From the NCBI RefSeq assembly GCF_009914755.1, contig NC_060925.1: 64,000 nt of DNA, one strand, 5' to 3'. The position numbers and the translations under genes are program-made. Below, in pieces: positions 50,493 through 64,000 of the stretch; the first letter of the stretch is position 1; the number at the start of each line of letters is the position of its first letter. The DNA is from the human T2T-CHM13v2.0 reference genome, Homo sapiens. A model generated the notes under the pieces. That model was given only the letters and a program-made list of their open reading frames with translations. It had not been told where the DNA came from and did no database searches.

Positions 50493-52528
50493 CATCCTAT
50501 TCTTAAACTGTTGCCATCGGGAGTGTTAATAACTTTGATCTTCCCAGATTTCTCTCCAGAAGCACGCCATTTGACTAAGGTGCAAAGTGACTTTAAATGT
50601 TTAATTTTTGGAAGGTTCAAGGCTGATAGGTGTTAATAGAACCATATCTGCCAATTTCTTATTGGCAAAGGATTTCTCAAGAGTGTCTCAAAATTAAACA
50701 CTTTGGATATTTACAAACATTGCTCATTGAGATGATGTAATGCAGTCGGCTATTTGGGTTCTCTCTTCAACCTTGCCACAAACAGACTATTTTGCTTTGC
50801 TCTGATATTTTCCCATTGATACTATTCAGGATCATAGAATTTTATAGGTGGCTGAGCATGATGTCTTACTCCGAGAAGGTGCCTGATGAATGCTTATGGA
50901 ACTGATTTGAATAGTTTAGTCCTTCATTTTACAGCTGAGGAGAATACAGAGAACTGAAGAGGCTTGTCCAAGGTCACACGGCTAGATGGTGGCAGATCTG
51001 AAACTAGAAGCAGATTTACCAACTCTCAATTCTCTATTCTGTATCTTTACTATGAAACATCATCTGACCAGGGTGGAAAAAAATAAAAAATTCTTAAGGA
51101 GCCCAAATCTGTCAATGAATAATAATAGTAATAATGATAATGATAATAGATTACATTTTGGTTGCTCATTATGTTCCAGTCCATCCCAAGTGCTTTAAAT
51201 GAATGGTCTGGTTTAATCCTTAACTCAACCCAGGAAATGGATATTATTGTCACCTTCCATTCACCATATAAGGAAACTGAGGCTTAGAGAGGATGAGAAG
51301 CCCTTCCAAGGTCACACAGCCAAACCATGGCAGCTTGACTTCATTCCTTTATTCATTAACTATTTATTGAGTGCTTGCTGTGTGTTCTGGCGATTGGCCA
51401 TACAGCTGTGAAGAAGAAAAAGTCTCTACCCTCGTGGAGCTTATATTCTGGAAGCTGGGCTCTCTATGGAACAGCACAGAATTTGGAGACAAAGGGCCTG
51501 CGATCTGGTTTGGCTCTGCCTCCCACTAGCTAGAAGCCCTGGGTCAGAATTATTATGAGTGTCAGCTTTTTGTGTGTTATATGGGACTCATGGTGCTGCC
51601 AGACTTACTTCTCTTACAGATGCCAAGATAAAAAGAAAATTGCTGTAACAGCTATGCAGTTTGGTTTGGTTGTTAAGTGCAATTTTTAGAGTCAAAGTGA
51701 TTCAGGTTTAAATCTTGGTTCTGCCAGTAGCTAGCCTTTCACTTCAGGCAAGTTACATGACTTGTCTGAGCCTCAGTTTCCTTATTTGGAAAATAGGTAA
51801 AATAAAATACATTTCCTAAGATAGTAGTGAGTTGTTGATGAGATATATAAATTATTTAGAACAGTATCTTGCACTTGTAAGTGCTCAATAATGGTACGGT
51901 CTACTTCTCTGTGAGCCTTTCTTTTGCTGAATTGGGCTGACTATTGAGGCTGCATTGCATATTCACTCCCAAAGTGCCAGCTATTAAATGATAGGAAATA
52001 AGTAAGGAATGAAACTTAAGTTCTAGCTTAAGATCATTTAGTCGTAACAAAACATCTTGGGTCAGTCACTTAAACCCTCTGGACATCAGTTTCTTTTTCT
52101 GTCAGTGAACAAGTAAACTAATTATTGGCCACTGTGGTTCGGCCTGTCTTTGACCAGAGTCCCAGGTCCTGTTTTTTCAATCAGAATTGTTTGAGTCAAA
52201 TGGACTCTAAATGGGACCCTCATCTCATGGGACTTTCTGGGACCCTCCCTATCCCTTGATTTTTGCCTCCCTATAAACCACCTGCTTGCATGTGCCCTGA
52301 GGAACTCCTGAGGCTTCAGCCCCAACCCTACCCCAGAGTGGTTTTATGAGGGGTGTGCCTCCTTAGTCAACCTGCCTTGTAGTTTCTTCTTAAAAACCAT
52401 CATTGTTTCTGGTTTGTGGGTGCCCACATTCCTTGGAAAGTTCATGCCTCTCAATGTCTGACTTGAAAGCAATAATATTCTTAGTCTTTTTACATAGCTC
52501 TTTCCAATTTACATTATGCTTTCATATG

Positions 52529-52874
52529 TAGTTGTCCGTCAGTATCCTCAGGGGATTGGTTCAAGGACTACCCCCACTTCCCCCAGGATACCAAAATCTG
52601 CAGATGCTCAAGTCCCTGATAAATAATGGTGTGGTATTTACGTATAACCTATGTACACACATCCTTCTGTATACTTTAAATCATCTCTAGATTACTTATA
52701 ATACCTAATACAGTGTAAATGCTATGTAAATAGTTGTTATACTGCTTTTAAAATTTGTATTATTTTAAATTGTTGTATTGGTATTTTTATTGTTTTTTTT
52801 TTTCTTGAATATTTTCCATTCCCATTTGGTTGAATCTGCAGATATGGAACCTGCAGGTATGGGGAGGGCTGATG
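52529..52874. mobile_element. MER2 (Tigger-derived MITE)
   Basis: AGTTGTCCGTCAGTATCC..GGGGATTGGTTC..CAAAATCTGCAGATGCTCAAGTCCC..GATATGGAACCTGCAG..GAGGGCTGATG|TA; ~345 bp. Confidence 0.8.
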
Positions 52875-54534
52875 TACATTAATCTCTGGAAATTCTTTAC
52901 AACCCTGGTCAGATTCATGGTCATAAACTGAAGCCTTTGGCCTCTAGCCTGTTAGCTTGTTGCTGGGATTGGAGCAGCGAAGGTGGTAAGGTGCAGGGCA
53001 TGGTTACCAGGGTTGTGAATCTGGGTGGTATTTGGGTGAATACACATGACTGTAATGACTGTATACAGTCCCAGCTATTGTTCTTTCCTTATTTAAGGCC
53101 CCTTTCCTTTACCCTCTCTATACCTTGAGTTTTTACAGTCTCCCAGAAAGCTTGAGATTGACAGTTCATGCAAATATTCCAGAAGAAATAGTCTGAAACA
53201 GGGTGGCACTGTATGCTGAGCAGTCACATTTTCTTTCTCGAGAACATTAGGGGTCTTGTCTTTTTTTTTTTTTTTTTTTAATGTCTTAAGAGAACAGTGT
53301 GTGTGCACCACAGAGCTGGAAGCGAAATTTTGTAATTTCCATCTGGAGCATTTTGATAGAAAAAGTGCAGGCCTTTGCTTGGAACAGTTTAACCCTTTCA
53401 GGACCCTTCAAGAGCAGGAGATGAAATTTAAAACTGGAGTCATATTGTGTATGTATATATACTTGGGAATGTTGATGGCTGGTATATAAACAAGCTCTTT
53501 CCCTTGGGAGGTCTGAGCAATTTTTCATTCATGCCAACAAAGGTCTTCTCCAAAGCTTCTTTCCTCACAGCTCCCATTCCCCAAGGGAGCTTTAAATATA
53601 ATCAGTTAATCAGTTTTAAATATAATCAGTTAAATATAGTCAGTTTGAAAAGCTGCAGTAAAACATTTAGTTGGAATCCTCAAGCAGATGCTATCATTTT
53701 CCCACAAGATGATTGAGGGCTCCTGTCCCTTGCTCAGGGGAAAAAACAACAACAAAAAAAGCTACTCTGCAGCAGTAAGGTGAACTCCTGGAAGAAAATG
53801 AAACTCTTGGAAACTTTCAAGTACCATACTCTGCATCTTGCAATTGAAAGACCCTAGAGGAAGGTGGTAGGCAAGGAGCCAGGGGATGCAGTGTACTGTG
53901 CAAAGAAGCAGTAGTTGGAAACAGTGTTCATGAGGGGTCCTTAGCTTTTTCAATTTCAGGTGTTCTTGGGGAATGAGAACAGAAATTTCCTTTGAAGAAG
54001 CCTATCTGGTAATTGTGGCCACATCCGTTATGTATCATGCAGGTTGAAAACTTAGACAGGCTCTGATGATTTCTCTGCTATGAGGTGTCCAGAGATAGAC
54101 CTGGCTGCAGTATGTAGGCGCCCTCACTATTAAAATCAGCAGGTACCCAGACCCTGACTCCCATTATTCACTCCAGATAAACTGGGCTACCCAGTGGCAC
54201 CTGTAGAGTTGTCCTTCCAGAAGTGAGAATGCTTCATGGGAATTGTGCTTACCTTATACCCTTGACCTCTGACAGCTACATTAGGAAAATATGTCATATT
54301 GCAGGGAAAAAGCAGTTGATATGTAGATTTCTGGTAGTAATAAAATTAGCAGTTTTAACCTGGTGTCAGCTCCAGAATTGACTTTTTGGGGAATCTGGGA
54401 AAGTTGCCTTGGAAGTTGTTAGGTTTAAACATAAGTAATAACAGCACTTAAAAGCATTTTAAAAAATTACAAAATTAACACCCTTACTGATTTTACAATA
54501 ATGTGTAGGAACTCTCATATCTCCCTTACTCTCT

Positions 54535-55015
54535 CTAATTGTGGTAGAATACACAGGAGGTTGACCATCTTAACCATTCTAGAGTACAGTTCAGTAGCAT
54601 TAAGTACATTCACATTGTTGTGCAGCCATCACTACCATCCATCTAAATGACTCTTTTCATCTTGCAAAACTGAAACTTTATACCCATTAAACAACAGCTC
54701 CCTATTCCCTCCTGCCCCTGTCTCTGGCAAGCACCATTGTACTTTGTCTCTATTTGATAACTCCAGATACTGCAGGTAAGTGGAATCATATTGTATATAT
54801 TTTTTGTTACTGGCTTATTTCACTTCCTATAATGTCCTCAAAGTTCATCCATGTTGTAGCATATGTCCAAATTTCTTTCTTTTTTAAGGTTGAATAATAT
54901 TTAATTGTATGTATATACCCCATTTTGTTTACCCATTCGTTCATTGATGAACACTTGGGTTGTTTCCACCTTTTGCCTATTTTGAATAATGCTGCTGTGA
55001 ACATAGGTGTAACAT
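54535..55015 (-). mobile_element. L1MB-like 3' fragment
   Basis: Antisense L1 3' UTR text; ORF 54807-55004 (MFTAALFKIGKRWKQPKCSS) resembles the L1 ORF2 C-terminus. Confidence 0.75.
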
Positions 55016-55025
55016 AGGGGTGTTC

Positions 55026-57680
<2,655 letters not shown>

Positions 57681-60600
57681 AATCTCACCTTTCTGGTAAA
57701 GCCCAACGTTTCTGGGATTGCTTCCTTAATTGCTCTGACCAGAAATAACCCTTCTCTCTATTTCACCCACACAGTGCTTCTCTTAATAGATCTCATATGG
57801 CATTGATCTCATACTGCCTTATGTTTGGAATATTTGTATTTCATTCTTTTTTCTTCTACCAGACTTCTGAACGTAGGAATGTTTTGAAGTTGTGTAGCGC
57901 AATGCAAAGAATACAGGCTCTGGAACCAGCCCTCAGTTGGAGTCTTGTCAGCATCACCTCCTTGCTGTGTGACCTTGCTGCAGTCACTCAACTTCTCTTC
58001 CAAGCCTCCTTTTCTGTGATGTGGAGATAATGAGACCTGCCTTGCTATTAATTGCAGTTGTGTTAAGAGTACTGGCTCAGTGTATGGCAAATATTAAATG
58101 CTAAATAAATAGCTTATTATAAGGTCCCTTCAGATAGGAAACGTGTCTGGAAGACTATTGTAGCTCAAATGGTGGCTCTCAGTAAACACTTATTGTCTGT
58201 AGTACTGAATGAATGGATGACCTAACTACTACAAATAATCTTTTAGAAATAGTTTAATTGTATCTTGACACTGTATCTTGCACAATGTCACCAGAGTGAT
58301 TTTTAAAAACTCATTTTTTTTTGCTAACATCGTAGCATAAAAGACTGTTAATATTAATCACTTCCCACTTACCCTGCTTACATTTTATACTGCCTTACAG
58401 CTGAACTGCCTCTAGTTTCCTTTCTTTATCATGTTGTGTCATGGTTTGTGCTGTATCCATGCTGTGCCCTCTCTTTGGAATGGGTCCTCTTCCTTGAACC
58501 TGTAAAACTTATTCATCCTTTAAAGCAGCTCAGATGCCACCCCTCCAGGAAGCCTTCCCTGCTCCCCTGTGCGGGATCCCAAGCAGGATTCCTCAGCATC
58601 TCCCCTTGCCTTCTGCACAGAGTTCATCAGTACGCTCTCAGCATCTCCTCTGCAGTGTCTTTGTACACTCTTGTATTATTGCACTCATCATATTACATTG
58701 CGATCTCTTCATTTACATCTCTTTGTTTACAACTCACTGAGCACCTTCAGGAAAGAATGGTCTTTTATTCATTTCTGCATGTCCAGCTCCTGACACATAG
58801 TAAGCACTACAATGTTTATAAGTTGAATTGAACTGTCTTCTGAGTTGAGTTTGGATGTGATAGTGCCATGATGGCACGCTTCTGCATTTCTCCCTGACTC
58901 CAGTAAGAAACCCATGCCCTATGTTAATATTATTTGAAATTTGATATAGATTAAACTTTGTGAATATATTTGCATTATACAAGGACAAGTACAAACTACA
59001 TAGCCTTATGGATCCTCCCCCACGGGGGTGTGTTTCTCCTTAAATTTATTGCTGGCACAGCCCTCTTTAGAATCACTGCCCTCTTTAGAGTCACTGCCCT
59101 AGAGCTATACTTGCTTTGACCAAATTTCTTCAGTCACATCTCTCACCTTGGAAACCAAGAAAAATGTTAACACTGAAATTCCCGAGAGTTTAAAACAAAC
59201 ATAAGGCTTTCTGTAATTGAAGCAAAAACACATTGTACATTTGTCCAGGATTTATTCACCATTTTAATCAGGCACTAAAAGTCTAAGTTTGAGAAAGTTT
59301 GTCTGTCTTGACCTGGAGTTAAAACTGGGTTGACCTGAAAAAGGAACTGTTTTGTTCCTTTTTCAAAGCACGGTGTGGAGAGAGCTATTGCCTGGTTAGA
59401 AGCAGCTGTGAGATCTTTGGTAAATGGGGAAGGAGAGGTCCTAAGGAACAAGCAGGAAAATGGTCCCTTATGGTTTTTCAAGTCATTTGGTATGAAATAG
59501 CCTTGACCTTATTTATACGTTGTGAATGAATGGTTCTGAACTTGAAATATGTATTCGTGAGGAAGGAAAAACAGTTGGGACATGTTCCTCCATTTTGGTG
59601 TATATTTTAGGATATCATCCTTTAGGAAGAAGGCATATTCTCTTTGTTTTTTTTTTTTGTTTGTTTGTTTGTTTTTCTTAACCATATCTTCTAAATGCAT
59701 TAATCAGTGGAGAGGTGACCCAGAAATCACTGTGAAAGTTGGGACCTTATCTTTGCTGTTTGAGCCCAGATCTTGCATTTAGAATCATGGCATGGTGGGC
59801 AGGATCTGAATACTCTCCCTGGAGAAGATGACCCTGGCAGCCATGGGTGGCTGGGTGGCCAGGGCTCCACAGGAGGACAAAGCACAGAAAACAAAGGGAC
59901 TTAAGAGCATGAGCTGGCCATGACAAGCCATGCCATAAGCTTTAAGAAATATGTCTTGTTTCTGAAGAGTTGGCTGTTGCCAACTCTTCTCCAAACATTG
60001 AAATCCCTTAGAAATCTGCTTCCTTTCCCCATTAGATTTTGTGTGTGCGTGTGTTTATTATTTTGGTAGGCGGTGGAGATACTGCACCAGAGCTTGTCAG
60101 ATGAGTAAGCTGCTCTTTGGGAAGACATCTTGACTGAGGTACCTATTCTGGAGCAACATTTCTTTTGGGCCAATACAGTACTTTGTTACGCGTTGAGCTA
60201 CAGGATTCTACACAGGCAGAATGATCCTAAGGGAAAGTGCTGGATTGGGAGGCAGAAAGCTTGGGTTCTAGTTTAGCTTTGTCATTGGCTGCCATGATTT
60301 TAGAGATAACTCACCTAAGGTCTCAAAATCCCTAGTTTCCCTATAAAATCCCTGTAAGATGGGAACAACAATTCTTGGCCCTTATAATAATGATGATGAT
60401 GATGGTTAGCATTTATCAAGTGCTTCTTATGTCTCAGCTCTGTTTTAGGTGCTTTACATATATGAACTCATGAATTTCTCAACAGTCCTGTGAGGTAGCT
60501 GCTATTATTATCCCCATTTTACAGATGACGCACAGTGAGGTTAAATAACTTGCTCTGAAGCACATGGCTAGTAAGTGATGAGGACAGATTATGAACCCAA

Positions 60601-60873
60601 GCTGACTTAACACTGGTGTGAAGCTGAAATGAAAGAATTCAGTTGAAACTATGAGATGCTGTACACACTCAGTTGATTGTCCTCATTTCCTAGTAACTTG
60701 GTACAATAAAGAATTAATGCAGTGTTTTAAATGTCTTTCTGTTACATACCTACTGTACCTCCCTATGCCTTGGTATTCTCATCTAAAATACTAGGGGTTA
60801 AACATTAGAAACTTTCTAAGGTCCTTCCAGCTTTCAGGGTTCATGATTTTTGCTTATTAATACGTTGAAGATC

Positions 60874-61458
<585 letters not shown>

Positions 61459-62383
61459 CTACAGGTGAACTTGTGACTGGATCACTTTAATCAGGATGTT
61501 TTAATCAGGATAACTATTAAACTTTGGACTTCCAGTAAGCTCAGAGACTTCTAGAGTTAGAAAATTCCCTGCTGTAACTGGTTTGTATGGTTTTCCCCAT
61601 CCATGTTGGTAGGTCAGAAATGGAATTTGTGTAACTCTTAGTATTACAGATATTTATGTTGTTGTGTGCAGTACTTAAATTTAAAAGAAAAAGGAAGTTG
61701 ATTGATTGTCCTTAATGAAAATTAAAGAAATAAGGAAGTGGGAGGCTCTTAATCTCTGACATCTGGTCTGGGACAAACCTGGGGGAGGCAGTGTGGTTAT
61801 GGAACTGGTATAGGGTTGATCTAGACATCTGGGTTGTTCGGGAAGTGACTTCAGGCCCTTTTAGGATGTGGAGTGGCCTCTTGCCTCTTACATTGCTCTT
61901 TATGTATTAGGCCTTTTGTCAACTAAGGATTTCTTTGAGGATTGTGATGAAGCATGCTGTAATGTGGAATTGAAATGTTTTCATGTTTATGTTTGTTTTC
62001 CTTTTGCCTAATGAATAGGCTAGTAATAGTCTGTTGTTTTAAATGAGTACTATTAATAATAATGACAGCTCATATTTTTATCATTACAGCATTTAAAAAA
62101 TATCATTCATAGGGAGGAAGAAATGTAGGGTAATGGAGGACCAGCTATGTAATGTTGAAGATGTCATTCCACCTTTGGGATTCTCAGCTTCTCAGCTGGA
62201 AAGTGGAAAGATGGATTACTAGTTCCTAGCTTCATGATTTTTAGGACATATGAACAAAAAATGGCTATTGTTAAGTGAGTTGTCACATAGAGTCTAGATG
62301 TTGATTATTATCCTGGGGGAAGGATAGAAACCAGAGAATAGATAGCACAGGTTCTTCCTACTCCCCTCTTCTACTTCTGGTTT

Positions 62384-62437
62384 AAGGTTTCATCTTTTTT
62401 TTTTTTTCTTTGTTTTCTTCTTAAAGGTTTCATCTTT
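62384..62437 (-). mobile_element. Tail-only retrotransposition footprint (A-rich insert between 14-bp TSDs)
   Basis: AAGGTTTCATCTTT at 62384-62397 and 62424-62437 flanks a 26-nt T-rich insert. Confidence 0.65.
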
Positions 62438-63796
62438 AAATGACATTAATTAGGCTTTGTGTTTTTAGCCATTTTTAGAGTCCGTTGTGCTGTATCTCCT
62501 GATCTCTCTTTTTCAGTGATTTGTGGTTATGTAAGTTATCTCAGTTCTTTGCTGTCAGCAATTTTAAATCAAACATTGAAGCATTTTGGGTAGATGACGT
62601 GTTACTTTGATTAATGAGGTTCTTGATCTGGATATTTTAAGGCCAGTAACAACACAATATGGAAACACCTAATTCTCCTTAAAACTGCAATAGTGTTCTC
62701 ACTGCCAAAGCTGAAACCGATTTGTGCTGGTTACTTCTTTCTAAGAGTGAATGTGTGCGTATGAGCTTTCTTTTGCTGTTTTGGCCAGGGAGTGGGACTG
62801 CCAGTCCAGAAAGGCCAGCTCTTCTGGATTCAGTAGCAAAAGAGTTAATCATTAAGCAGAGACAGAAACCTCCCAAGTTTCTAACCTTCTCTTGTGTTAA
62901 ATCTCCTTACTCTTATTAGAAGAAAAGGCATATGCACACTTAGGCATGCGCGTGTGCGCGCACGCACACAAACACCATACACACAAATACTCTAACAAAA
63001 CTTAATGTAAAATGATCTCATGTTTATGAGAGCTGGAATTACTTGGGAGGGATACTTGTGTTCTGCAGGCTTAGTGGGCATGATGTGAAAGCAAGGCTAT
63101 TTGGCCTGTGGAGATTGAAGATAAGAGCGTGATATGTAATTGAGTAAGAATTTGAAAAATTATCCGATAACGTTAGGAGCAGCAAAGCAACTGCGTGTAC
63201 TTTTTTTATGCTTGAAACTATTTGGAGTAGGAGTGAGGAGCTAGCATTGTTTTCAGGGCATGGGAACCCCCTCCCCACCTCACTAGCCAAATATGTTTGC
63301 CTAGGCCAAGAGTGTCAGATCTCTGAGAGATCTTGACAGAGTATTTAAATACATTCTGCCCTCGGACAATTCTTCAGTGTTAATCATTTCAGGAAAAGGG
63401 CTGTCAGCTAACCTTTAAAATCCTTTCCAGAATAGTATACCGCAGCCCACCTTCCCATCTTGTTCCAGTGACCCAATCTATAAATGGTCAGTTCCTTCAT
63501 TTGCAGAACTTGAAATAGTTTAAAGAAGAGACTTGATGAATTGAACTCATGTTTTTGCTGCTGTGGCCACACCCTCTATACAGACATTTGCTTCATTTGG
63601 GTTCTCAGCAACTTGGGAAGGAGGAGGCTATTGATGAAACTTTCAAGGTGTTGGCTTATAGCTACTGGAGTCTTCTTCTTTCCTGTCCCCTCCCCTCCTC
63701 ACTTCCTCCAGTGTTGGGACACTTTGTATTGAACAAGAAGATCATGAGCTAATTTCAACCTGGCAGCCATTTATTTAGCACCTACTGTATGTTGTC

Positions 63797-64000
63797 TTTT
63801 TTTTTTTTTTTGAGGCAGAGTCTTGCTCTGTCACTCAGGCTGGAGTGCAGTGATGTTATCTTGGCTCACTGCAACCTCCGACTCCCGGATTCAAGTGATT
63901 CTCCTGCCTCAGCCTCCTGAGTAGCTGGGATTACAGGCACGTGCCACCACGCCTGGCTAATTTTTAAATTTTTAGTAGAGACAGGGTTTCACCATGTTGT
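63797..64000 (-). mobile_element. AluS-type SINE, cut by the window end
   Basis: Poly(T) followed by antisense Alu. Confidence 0.9.

Noticed and set aside
53591-53646. Imperfect tandem repeats of TTAAATATAATCAGTT
   Set aside because: Short AT-rich slippage duplication with no supporting context.

Overview
Human genomic DNA: it is Alu-dense and carries a near-consensus human-specific AluYb8. The window holds the head-to-head FAM72-SRGAP2 gene pair of the human-specific chromosome 1 duplicon. A complete four-exon FAM72 CDS lies on the minus strand (44853-44702, 42712-42635, 38692-38568, 30195-30101; 450 nt, 149 aa). Its residues G82/P94/G99/I122/W125 match my recollection of FAM72B, which would make the partner SRGAP2C (1p11.2-p12); this assignment was not checked by alignment. 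SRGAP2 starts on the plus strand with a non-coding exon 1 (ending 46488) and exon 2 (48269-48877, ATG at 48811), followed by a long intron that runs off the window. The two genes share a CpG-island bidirectional promoter with eight ATTGG/CCAAT boxes plus CHR and E2F-type motifs. The left ~28 kb is intergenic and holds an RPL22 processed pseudogene, a full-length HSMAR2, Tigger3b/MER21, MLT1, L1/L2 and many Alus. The gene pair itself is well known. The least-explained signals are three SRGAP2 uORFs chained by overlapping stop/start codons, a similar uORF/G4 cluster in the FAM72 leader, a ~164-bp inverted duplication with templated-insertion scars (17566-21053), a very young AluYb8 inside the duplicon, and a tail-only retro-insertion. 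I see no convincing evidence of a wholly new gene system. Repeat family names come from recalled consensus sequences and repeat boundaries are approximate.
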